Positions 51,553-62,879 of a stretch of 64,000 nt of DNA are shown piece after piece. A model generated the notes under the pieces. The model was given only the letters and a program-made list of their open reading frames with translations, ran no database searches and was not told where the DNA came from. The first letter of the stretch is position 1. Every line of letters starts with the position of its first letter. Source of the stretch: Cycas panzhihuaensis (taxonomy: Eukaryota > Plantae > Cycadophyta). The translations under genes were made by a program, and so were the position numbers. Location of the stretch: the NCBI GenBank assembly GCA_023213395.1, contig CM041465.1, positions 232,693,741 to 232,757,740 of the forward strand. The letters are read 5' to 3'.

Positions 51553-54345
51553 GTTTGAACGCATTTCTCTACATGTAATTGAGGATCATCCCCATTTCAA
51601 AATATAGACAACTTTATTATTTGTTTTTGGATTCTATTTTAAAAGTTCTTACTTCATCCCAAGATTTAATATTCACACAATGAGTAGCATACCATGACAA
51701 GGCTTGTCCAATTAGGGACATAGGGAACAAAAGATACCCAAATTATTCTTGCTATTTATTTTTAAATATCTAAATATAATGTTCCAGATGTTTTTTAGCT
51801 TGATTCATCTGATCCCAAAATTTAAAAAAATTTTTACAAAATTAACTAAAAATTATTGGATTACCTTGAATGATTTGCAGGCTTTGATCTTCTTTTCCTT
51901 CCTCTTGGAATTATTGGAACAAATCTTCCGTGAACTTTGGAGTTCTATCTTCTTTGTCCTCTGAAGAATCTACGCACATTTCTATCCTATAACAAGAAGT
52001 TGGTCTTGCTTCCTTTCATGCATTCTGAAGCCAATTCATCATATATGACAATGATGCACTACTAGGCATTGTTGACTGGAACTGGTATGCAATTTTTGAA
52101 CAAGGACTTATTGTCGATTCTATTTCTGTCATTGTTGATGAGGCCTTCTCTTTATTCCTTCTGTTTTATTCCTCGAAACACAATGGCAGGGTCACTACTT
52201 TATTCTTGGTTGAAAGCGTAAATGTATGGCTCCGCCATTCTTGTATGTCCTTAGTGGCTAACAACCATGCTCTCCCTCACAAAGTGGGGTAAGACTTCCT
52301 TAGGCCCTGCATCTGGACTATTGCAAAGTCCATTAGTACTATGATTCTAGCAACAATGATCAGGATATTTATTAATGTCTCCATTGGTCTGGCTTAAAGT
52401 TGATTAACCAATCTGATTGAGTAGTGTTAGGCAACCATTTTGGGCCTTCCCAAGGCTATCCAAGAAGATTCAGGCAATACATTGACTCCCGACCCTCAAT
52501 CCACAATTGTGCTACACAACTTAGTTACTAGGATCGTCATTGAAACTCTAGGATCCACCTCATCATCTTTGATTGCCCTCAATGGTGGCTTTTCAATGTG
52601 ATCGAACACCATTTGTTGGAATTACCTAGCCTCCCACCACTTGAAAATTGGCAAAATGGGAATTGATACTCCTAATTCAGTGAATAAATACTTAATACAT
52701 TGAAGTCTTTACCAGGGATTCATGCCTTCTTACTGGGATGAAGGTAGCTCAGGAACCGCCCTCCTCTTATAAGTTTGTCCTTTAAACCATTGTTCCTGTT
52801 GAATCTCCTCCTATTGGGCTTCACTCATGGCCTCCCAAAGGATTTTCATTGCTTCCTGGAGTCTTTGCTTTTCAATTACTGCATTCGAAAAGTTGTCTTG
52901 TACCAGTGTTATAGCCGTTTTACCACTTCGAGTTTGCAAATATGTTGGCACCTCCTTGTCTGGGATTATTGCAACCAAATTGATTGTTTGAACTTTAGCA
53001 TTCTTTGGACAATTTGTGCATTCATGCTCTGCAAGTCCGCATTGTTTACAAATAATTTCTCCTCCTTTTTTCTCTAGCGGACACTCAAATCTATAGTGTC
53101 CCCATTTCCAGCACATAAAGCAACGAGTTGGTTTTGTCTTGCTCTTATATTGCTTTCTCGACCCTCGTTCAGTTTTCTGGAAAAATGCAATATGAACTTC
53201 TTCATTTTAATCCCTTGGGCCTGGTTTGAAAAAACATTCCCACGTATTGTGGTTGGCTCTTTTGCAGTTATCACACCACTTTATTGATCCAACATGTTCA
53301 TTCTTTAAATGACCTTGTTGACTGCAAGGTGGGGGACACCAGGCGTTCTCCCTGGATTTTTCCAGGTGCAAACAGGCTAGTTCTACACTCAACTTCTCCA
53401 TCTGTTGGTTTGCTGCATGCTTACAGGAACAAACACTAGTGACTATTGTTTCAACGCCTCTACTTCCTTTCTTAGTGCGTAAATCTTCGAATTTATTCCC
53501 ATTTGTGGTGCCTACATAATCTATTGACCATTCATCAACAAAGGTTGTACTCCTACACCCCTTTGTGGTGTTTGGGAGATGACTGGTCTTGTTTGGAAAA
53601 CTGAATGCATTACTAACTGGGAGTAAGTTATTTTCATCTGATTCCCAAACTTTAAAGCTAATTCCCTTGCTGATAACTATGCGTAGGATGTAACATGATT
53701 GTATCCCTTAATTGTAGTGTTAATCCTTGCACAAAATATTTCATCGCAACATAGGATTTATCGCCGTTGCTGGTTGTATTTTGTTTATTATCACTCGCAT
53801 TCATCCATCAAAATCGTTCACCGATTCTCCATGGCATTGCCTTATTTCTTTTAAGGCTAGAAATATTGCCATTGGATCTATCAACTTTTGAAATTGATCT
53901 AAGAAATGGATTTGTAATTGGTTCCAATCCAAATCTTGCGTAGTCGCATATTGGAACCATGTAATCGCTACTCCTCTTAATGTTGAGAAAATTCGAGCTT
54001 TAATCTCATCTAGGTCTATGATTCTTTTAATCTATAGCATATTCCAGAACAATGCCAAGTGATGTCTTGGATCCGTGGAGCCATCAAATTATAGATTGGT
54101 AAAGGCATAATCATTCTGCATAATAATGTAAGGGGTCATGCTCCCTCTTTCCCCTCTTGGACTTGTTCCTCCTGTTATGGATCCTCCTGATGAGTCCCTC
54201 CTCCTCCGCTTGTGTTTCCTCTTGGTGGCGAAGTGCCACCCCCTCCAATTGTACTCCTTCCTGGGCTTAACATTATTGATTTGAAAAGAGGGTTTAGCAT
54301 ATGACTAAGAGGAGTTCAGACCTCAACCGGATGATGGTCCCACCG
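51553..54345 (-). pseudogene. Element H gag, knuckles, protease and start of the protease-RT spacer
   Basis: FDGSTDPRHHLALF (about 54050-54090); WCDNCKRANHNTWEC; CWKWGHYRFEC; CKQCGLAEHECTNC; TIVD*GSGVNVLPE (about 52470-52510); colinear with F. Confidence 0.87.
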
Positions 54346-55479
54346 TTAAGGCTTAGCCTAGGGTTTGATGAGAAGATCTCTTGAAGGGACCATCAACTGG
54401 AGGTTTCAAGTAAGCTTAGATGTTCCTCGGGAGATATTTTAAGGAGATTTTCAGAACCCTGAAGTGACGAAGGGTAGATCGTGGAAAAGAAAACAATAGC
54501 TCAAGAGGAGATGTCTGTCTTGGAGGTTCAAAGGCAACAAAGGGATTCATTCTTGCTACTGGGCAATTGTTAGGAATTGTAAACCATAAAGGTGGTTTTC
54601 TTAGGTGATTCATGACACACTTTTAATGTTTTTGTTGTAGTTCTTTTTGTGTAATACTAGGGTTGAGGGAGCGAAGGCTCAATGATTCTTATATTAGAGT
54701 TTAGATGTTATGACCATTGGTCGACCAACATAAGAGCTTGATAGTGTTGGGTTCGAGGCAATAGACCGATCTTATTCTTTTTCTTTTTTCTTGGTAGTGG
54801 CAAAATTTACATAGAAGCTTTCACTTGCGTGATGTCAAAGAAATTGGGGTGATTATCACCTCCCAACTCAATCCCTATGCATTTGTGTCCTTATCCATTC
54901 ATGGATTGTACCTGGTTGGGCAAAGATTTGCTAAGTATCGATCCCCTTGCTACATTATTTAAATGAAATAAAAGAAAATTGTGGATGTGATTTTGAGCAG
55001 TGAAAATCAAATTTTTAGTGTTTTTTTTGTAATTTTATGAAGTTGGCTTTAATTATATTATAGTTGATTAAAATTTTAATTCCACTGCCCCTCATCACCC
55101 CCCTGCACCCACTACACCGCCTCCAACCCCCCCCCCCCCCCCGCTCCTCCCCTCCAACACACACACACACACTCTTTCACTCCTTTTTTTAATTCATTCC
55201 TTGGTCCTTTCAATTCATGTGTGATCATACTTTAACCTTTATAGTGGCTAATATTTTTTTTTGTGTGTTTAAAAGTTGTTTTAAAGAGTATTTGAGTCAA
55301 TTTTATGTAAAAGACCTTGCAGACTCTAAGCACAACTATAAATTCATGCTTGTGGTCATTTTCAAGCTCCTTTTAAAGGACATTTTTTGGAAAATGCAAA
55401 TAATAATAATAGAGGAAAGGTGTGTTTTGTCTTTGGAAGGGGAGGGCACTCTAGCTTTCCAATGTTGTTCAAATTCATC

Positions 55480-56400
55480 ATGGTAGTCATATATTCTCTG
55501 TTTGAAGAAGAAAAGTCCACTGGAAACAATTATAGTGTTTGGAAAACCAATATGAAGAGTATTCTTCTCACAAGGGTAGCTTGGGAAATCGTAAGTGGTA
55601 AGGCCAAAATCTAGATTGATGGAAAAGCAGTAGAAGAATATACGAAAAAGGGCATAAATGTTGTTGCTATAGGCACCTTATAGCCAGTAAAATTCTCTCA
55701 TGTCTTTAATGCTATTTCCTCTTGCGATGCATGGGTGAGACTTCAATCTATGTATGAGCTAAAAAATATTGCAAGAATTATCTCTGTTAAGGAACAACTT
55801 TACCATATAAAACTTAGGGAAGGAGAAAGTATGACTGAACTCATAACCAAAATCAAAGAAGTAAGGGAGAAACTTATAAACAATGAATTGGTGCAACTTA
55901 ACAAGTTGCCTAAAACCTTTAATAGCTTAGTCACAAATTTGACTATTTCTACACAGGCTAATACTATGATATTTGAAGAATTGTGTGGCCTCATATTCCA
56001 TGAAGAATCAAGAATCTGAAAAATAAAGATGAAATTGAGATAGAAAGAGATCTTGCCTCCAAGTTGAAACTAAAATGACCTAGTTGGACGAAAGAAGAAT
56101 CATCAATACCTCAAGTTCAAGTATAATTTGATATTGGAAAGGAGGAATTGTTTCTAGTACGACAAACTGGGTCATCTAATTAGAGATTACAAGAGAGAAA
56201 TACTTGGTATGTAATAAGGAAGAAGATTCTTGAGCAACGTAAGTGAAAAGAAATATAAAGATGAAGAAATTATCTTCGTTGTTGCCTTAACCCTAGGTCT
56301 TGCTCGTCAAGAAGGATGGTATATTGATTGTAGTGCCTCCAGAGGTATGGCTTCTAAAAGGGAGTGGTTGAAAATTTTAAGTGATCAATAAGGGACCAAT
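55480..56400 (+). mobile_element. Degraded Ty1/Copia gag-protease fragment, cut at the LTR of element G
   Basis: TGNNYSVWKTNMKSILL; LYHIKLREGESMTE; LPKTFNSLV; WYIDCSAS protease motif near 56316. Confidence 0.75.
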
Positions 56401-56413
56401 AGTTCAACTAAAC

Positions 56414-56996
56414 TGTAGTGATCTAGTTCTATTTTTATAGCAATTTTCCTCAAAAATACAAGTAATAATCCACAAAAACAATAACTAGATGCTAGTCAAC
56501 AAGAAAAATGAACAATGAACAAGAATTACAGAATCCACAGAAGTAGATAATAGTCTTTATTCCCAAATAATACCAAAATAGAGCAAAAGTTCAACAAAGT
56601 ACCTGTCTTTCCTGAAGACGTGAGCTTCCCTCTTCGAGGCGAGGAACCCTCAAGCTACTGACACCCAAATGGGCGAGCTAATTGCAGCCCTAGAACCAAA
56701 AATGCGCAACCAAAGAACCTCAGACCATGACGAAATGAGACTGCAAATCCTCCTTAAATAAGCGGCCAAACAATAGTAATAGAAGTCGGCCAGACTGGGT
56801 AATATTCTTCTTAAAACTACTCAAATAGAAGTTGGCCAGAACTTCTCCAAAAACTGGCAGGCTAACTTTAAATGGCCGTAACTTTTGATTGAGATGTCGG
56901 AATTGACTTTCGTCTGAACCGTTGGAATCCTTGTTCAGAGGCCTTCAATTTAAATGGTTACATGGCATAGTTTTAACTAGATTTTGGAATGTTACA
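56414..56996 (-). repeat. 3' LTR of chromovirus G
   Basis: Reverse complement of the E LTR ends; more diverged in the middle. Confidence 0.9.
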
Positions 56997-57026
56997 AGTC
57001 CCTCCCCTTCAAAACATGCTTTGCCC

Positions 57027-57683
57027 TCAAAGCATTGGTAAGGGCCCATTTTTCTGCATCCATTCTTCAGATTCCCACGTTGCATCTTCAAGCTCCAATG
57101 TTTTCCATTTGATGAGATACTCTTTTATTATCCTGGATTGTAAATTCTTGTCCACAGTCTTCAATATCTTCTCGGGTTCCACTACCATCATTCCTTCTTC
57201 ATCAAGTGTTGGTAAATTTGTTTGTGGAGCTTCCTTTTCACCCAACTTTTTCTTCAAGCAAGATACGTGGAAGATATTATGGATTTTGCTTTCTGGTGGC
57301 AGTTTTAACTGATATACCACTTCCCCTATGAGTTCCTCAATCTGATACGGTCCAAAGAATCTTGGTGATAATTTATGTCGATTATTTTGTTTCATCGACA
57401 TCTGTTTGTAGGGTTGGAGTCTTAAGAATACCCATTCTCCTATCTCAAAACTCCGTTCAGATCTCTTTCTATCTGCTTGTTGCTTCATCCTATTTTTCGC
57501 CATCTCCAAATTATTCTTTAATATTTGAATTGTTTCTTGCATCATTGCAAGTTTTCTTGGGCTATGCACTTTAGATGTATTTAGCCAATTCAAGAGTGAT
57601 GGAGGTTCATACCCATATAGTGCTTGAAATGGTGACATTTTAGCCGCTGCATGGTATGTGGTGTTATACCACCATTCTGCCAA
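57027..57683 (-). pseudogene. Integrase C-terminus with chromodomain (element G)
   Basis: AEWWYNTTYH..SPFQALYG; KLSPRFFGPY; HNIFHVSCLKK; EYLIKWKTLELEDATWE. Confidence 0.93.
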
Positions 57684-57989
57684 ATGGAGCCATCAATGCC
57701 ATTGTGTCTGTTTATCTGATGCGAAGTTTCTTAAGTATCCCTCCACACATTTGTTAATTATTTCCGTCGGCCATCATGCATGGGTGGTATCTTTGTGCTC
57801 ATATGTAAGCTAGTGCCTGCTGATTTGAACAACTCCTTCCAAAAGTGACTTGTGAATTTGGGATCCACATCGTCACGACTATAACCTTTGGAAAGCCATG
57901 TAGCCTGTGAATTTCTTTCATATATAATTACGCTATTTGGCTTGCTTTTGCTCTATCTGAGTTCCCACGAAATGGGCGTATTTAGTTAA

Positions 57990-59288
57990 TCATCTCACTA
58001 CAAAAATTGCGTCTCTTCCTTGACGCGGAAGACCTGTAATAAAATCCATAGAGATTTCTTCCCATTTTTTATGGGGAATGGGAAGGGGTTGTAGCAACCC
58101 GGGGGTCTTCACAGATTCAGTTTTATTTCTTTGACATGTATCACATTCTGATACAAATTGGAGGACGTCGGATTTCAAACCTTTCCAGTAAAACAAGGTT
58201 CGAAGCCTTCTATAAGTCTTATCTATCCCTGAATGTCCTGAAACTGGAGTTGAGTGAGCTTCTTGAAGTAGTGCTTCTTTTAGTTTACTTGTCTTTGGAA
58301 CAAATATTTTTCCTTTCCTTAGAATTAATTCTCTTTGTTCCATAAATTGCACTGCTTTTCCTTCTCTGATCTTTTGCCTTATTCCTTGTGATATCTTGTC
58401 GTCTTCATATTCCTTTGCCAACTCTGTTGCCCATTTTGGAGTTGTTATTGTCATTGAATTGGCTGAGGCTTCAATCTTTCCTTCCTCTGGTAGTCTAGAT
58501 AGAGCATCTGCTATTATATTTTCTTTCCCCTTTTTGTATTCTATGGTGAAGTCAAAAGTCTGCAACTTACTGACCCATTTTTGTTGCTCATCAGATAATG
58601 CCTTTTGATTCAGAAAGTACTTCAGGCTGTCATGATCGGTTCTAACCACAAATTTACTCCCTAGTAAATACTGCCTCCATTGGTGTATTGCATGCATAAT
58701 GGCCAGCATCTCTTTGTCATATATTGGTTTTGTTTTTTCCCTATTATTTAGCTTTCGGCTTTCATAAGCTATTGGCCTTCCTCCCTGTAATAGAATTGCT
58801 CCTATTCCAAAACCCGAAGCATCACATTCCAATGTGAATGGTTGAGTAAAATCCGGTAAGGCCAATACTGGAGCTGTGATCATTGCTTGTTTTAATTCGT
58901 GAAATGCTCCTTCAGCTCCTAGATTCCATTTGAACGCATCCTTTTTGGTCAGGTCTGTTAGTGGTGATGCTATGTGTGCATACCCTTTTATGAACTTTCT
59001 CAAAAATCCTGTTGCACCCAAAAAACTTCTTACTCCTGTGACATTCTTTGGAGTTGGCCAGTTTACAATTGCTTGGATCTTTTTTGGATCAATTTTGATT
59101 CTTTCACCTGTGATAATGTGGCCCAGATACTCTAATTCATTTTTTGCAAAAGAACACTTTTTCTTATTTGCAAACAATTGCGCTTTCTCAAGTATGAGCA
59201 GAACTTCCTTTATATGTTCCATATGTTCTTCCCATGTTTTGCTATAGATCAGGATATCGTCAAAGAAAACTAGCACAAATTTTCTCAA
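57990..59288 (-). pseudogene. RT C-terminal half, RNase H and integrase zinc finger (element G)
   Basis: VFFDDILIYS; LECDASGFGIGAIL; RTDHDSLKY; ADALSR; HSTPVSGHSG..CDTCQ; SMDFITGLP. Confidence 0.95.
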
Positions 59289-61856
59289 AATTGTGTCTAG
59301 TCATGGACAACTAATGAAATCCTAAAAAAGGAATGGGCATAGCGATGGGGGTCGACGTTTAAAGGAATTTCTTTAGTCTGGTATAATCATTGTGAGAAGG
59401 TAAAAGTAGTAAATTGGGACATATTGATCCTGGATTTTTATTAGACTTTTGCATACCATAATAAAGATAAATAAATTAAAGAAATTCTATAAATTCTTAA
59501 AGAAAAAACTGTGGAAGAAGAAAATAATTGCTTTCACATAAATAGAGAAGAGGAAGAAGAGAATCAAACTTTTCCTCAAGGCTACTCCATAGTAGAATAT
59601 GGGGAACGCACCATAGATGACACTCTAGCATATAAGGTGAGTCCAAATCGCAAAACAGTGGAAAGGGAAAAGCTTAAATTGTAGGAAATTAATATTGGAT
59701 CAAAAGAACAACCCCAAATCATTAATTTGGGAGATTATTGGGATGCAGAGACGGTACAATAAACTACCTCATTGTTTCTAGAATAGAAAGATGTTTTTGC
59801 GTGGTCTTGTAAAGATTTAAAAGGCATTCCACCTGAATTAGGGGAACATAAGATAGAAGTAATAGAAGGGTCTAGACCTATAAGGCAACGACCATACCAC
59901 ATGAATCTAAAGTACAAGGAAAAGTTAAAGCGAAATTCGATGTTATTTGAGGCAAATTATATCTTTGAGGTGGAGAATAGCGAATGGGTGAGTCCAGTTG
60001 TAGTTGTTCTTGAAAAGAATGGGAATCTTAGAATCTATGTGGATTATAAAGCTCTAAATAAAGCAATAAAGAAAGACTCATTCTGAATTCCATTCACTGA
60101 AAATATTTTGAAAAAAATTGCAAGACACGAAGTTTATTCATTCACAGATAGATTCAACAGATATAATCACGTACGGATTGTGACTGAAGACCAATTAAAG
60201 ACAACCTTTGTCACAGAATGGGGTACGTATGCATTTAGAGTTATACCGTTCAGACTAACCAATGCTCCAACTATGTATGCATATAGAGTTATACTATTAG
60301 CAAACCCATTTTGTAGGGAAGAATCAGCCAATGGCTGATGGTATTTCAAGAGTTCAACTTAAAAATTGTGGTGGAAAGAGGAGATAAGCACGTAGTCCCA
60401 GACATGTTATCAAGGGACGCGGAAGGAGAACCGGCCACGGTAATCCAAGATGACTTTCTAAATGCAGAATTATTCTCTATTGAAGTAGTACTTAAGTCGC
60501 GCGATGATATTGCACAATATCTGTCTACAAGACAAACACCGTTAGGCATGGAATGAGTAGAACGACAAAGTTTTATTCGAAAAACTTTTCCCTTTCAATT
60601 AATTCAAGGGATGCTATACAAATTAGGACTAGACAATGTGTTGAGGCGATGTATAATGGAACGTGAGGTAGAAGCTGTCATTAGAGAAGCCCTTGAAGGT
60701 GTCGCAACAAAGCATCAAGGTGTCAGACGCATAGCTAAAAGAAGTTTATTAGCTGGACTTTGGTTACTTACATTGTTGCAAGATGTAGAAAAGTGGGTTC
60801 GCAACTGTGACACATGCCAATGATTTGAGAAACCAACAAAGAATCATTTGACGCCTTTACATCCCATTCGAGCCCATGCACCATTTGAAAAGTGGGGACT
60901 AGATTTTGTCGTAGCCATTAGTCCACCAACCAAATGGGCAAATGTAAGATATATTTTGGTAGCTATGGACTTCTTGACCAAATGGACTGAAGCGAAACCA
61001 ATGAGAACGTGTGATACTCAAAGTACAACCCGATTTTTATATGAAATGATCATCATTCGATTTGGCTGTCCCTTAGAAATTGTTTCCGATCAAGGAAGCA
61101 ATTTTTTGAACAAGACAATTGAGCATCTTACAAAGGAGTTCATGATTTAACATTTTGGGTCCTCTCCTTATTATCCCTGACCAAACAGACAAGTGGAGAG
61201 CACGGATAAAATTTTAAAATTAGCATTGTGCAAAATCTGCAATGAAGGGAGAACGGATTAGGCAAGGTGACTCCATTCAGTATTATGCGTAGACAAAACA
61301 ACATTAAAAAGACCACATAAACAAACACTGTTCCAGTTAGTCTATAGATTAAAAGCAATACTTCCTTTCGAATTCCAAATGGAAAACTTAAGGGTAGCCT
61401 TATAGTGAAGACTACTAGAGGAAGATTCAGGGGAGCAACGACTCATTGAATTAATGAGAATGGATGAGAAAAGAGCCAGGGCTCTATGGGAATTAAAAGC
61501 AGAGAATCAGGGACGCAAAGCATGGCATGATCGACATCACAAAGTACCTTGGCTGCAAGAAGGAGATCTTGTACTTTTGTATGACAACAAATTTTGCATA
61601 AAGCCAGGAAAATTAAAGTTGCGATGGCTTGGTCCGTATAAGGTAAATTGTATTAGACCTAATGGAGCAGTACAACTCCAACAATTTGATGGAACGTTGC
61701 TTGATAAAGCAGTCAATGGAAGTCGATTGAAATGATACATGGTAAGTTATTAAAAAAAAAAGAGAAAAAAAAAAGAGGGGCAAAAGGGGTTTGGGAGTAG
61801 ATATTCCTCAATCATTTCAATATATGGAGACTTTATTCCAAAGATTAGTAGAAGCT

Positions 61857-62450
61857 AGTTGCAAATTGGGACCCAGAAGGTTGCAACCAAGGTTCAGAAG
61901 TGGTTGCAACCCGAGTCACAGAAGGTTGTAACTTGGGCGAGAAGAGGTTGCAACCTGGGGCGTAGAAGGTTGCAACCAAGGATTGGAAGAGGTTGCAACC
62001 TGGGATGCAAAAGGTTACAACCAAAGTTTGGAAGTGGTTGCAACGCAGGATGCAAAAGGTTGCAACCAAGGACAGGATGTGGTTGCAAGCCGGGACATAG
62101 AAGATTGCAACTAGGGACGAGAAGAGGTTGCAACTTGGGACACAGAAGGTTGCAACTAGGGACAAGAAGAAGTTGCAACTTGGGACGCAGAAGGTTCCAG
62201 CCAAAGTTCGGAAGTGGTTGCAACCCGAGACGCAGAAGGTTGTAACCAAGGACAAGCAGTGGTTGCAATTTGGGATGCAGAAGATTGCAACCCGAAACAC
62301 AGAAGGTTGCGACCAAAGATCGGAAGTGGTTGTAACCTAGGATGCAGAGGATTGTAACCAGGGATGCGAAAGTTGCAATGAGGTACATGAAAAAATTGCA
62401 ACCTAGGATGAAAATGGATGGCAACTAATAGCGAAAAGCGGTCGCAACCT
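61857..62450. repeat. Minisatellite of alternating 22- and 23-bp units with palindromic core GGTTGCAACC
   Basis: About 25 cores, e.g. GGTTGCAACCAAGGTTCAGAAGT and GGTTGCAACCCGAGTCACAGAA; the 45-bp higher-order period explains the 15-aa repeat ORFs. Confidence 0.93.
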
Positions 62451-62879
62451 ATCATGCAAAAGGTCAAAAAGCAAGAAACGATCGCAACTAGGAATGGATG
62501 GTTAACGGTTGTTAATCATGACTGAAATGATTAAAAAATTGCAACTGTGGATGTACAAGTAATTAGTGCTAATGACAACCAATTAGGCGGAAGCCTTCAA
62601 CAATCACATTGGCAAGATTTGTATATAAATCAAGAGGATTTGAAGAGTGAATAATAATCGTGACAAACGGTACCGGAGATAGTGGAGGTGGCAACAAGTG
62701 GATGTCATGGACATTAGTTGATAATCATGACATGAATCGGTTGCAACTCAGTTATTACAATCCATAAATTAAAATGATAGTGGTTTTGCATGACATACAA
62801 AACACAAGACAGTAAAAATTGTAGTCGGACCACAAGTTCAATAACATATAAATTGGGAAGCAAGAGTAGAAGAGCAGAC

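Larger units (their letters stand above)
27590..54345 (-). mobile_element. Element H: non-chromovirus Ty3/Gypsy with an extra 3' ORF; host of elements E, F and D; 5' LTR not found
   Basis: Minus-strand gag and protease (51553-54345), RT (43311-44000, FLDDWTIY rejoined across the E insertion), RNase H and integrase (30778-32889), extra ORF, and putative 3' LTR. Reading frames rejoin across both insertion TSDs. Confidence 0.8.
56414..59290 (-). mobile_element. Element G: 3' half of a chromovirus (same LTR family as E): RT, RNase H, integrase, chromodomain, 3' LTR
   Basis: LTR 56414-56996 is an inverted homologue of E's LTRs; PPT, minus AAGGGGAGGGACT, at 56997-57009; pol ORFs upstream; abruptly truncated near 59290. 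Confidence 0.92.

Noticed and set aside
55087-55172. C-rich tract (G-quadruplex potential on the minus strand), also 33545-33574
   Set aside because: Low-complexity runs with no independent evidence of function; homopolymer lengths are unreliable.
54345-55200. 5' LTR of element H
   Set aside because: No similarity to 27590-28433, no PBS, and no GTCAT TSD found; origin unresolved.
61857-62450. CRISPR-like array or repeat-protein ORFs (61845, 61859, 61894, 62128, 62156)
   Set aside because: Spacers are only 12-13 bp and related to each other, there are no cas genes, and the context is a plant retroelement. Frames are open on both strands because the 45-bp period lacks stops.
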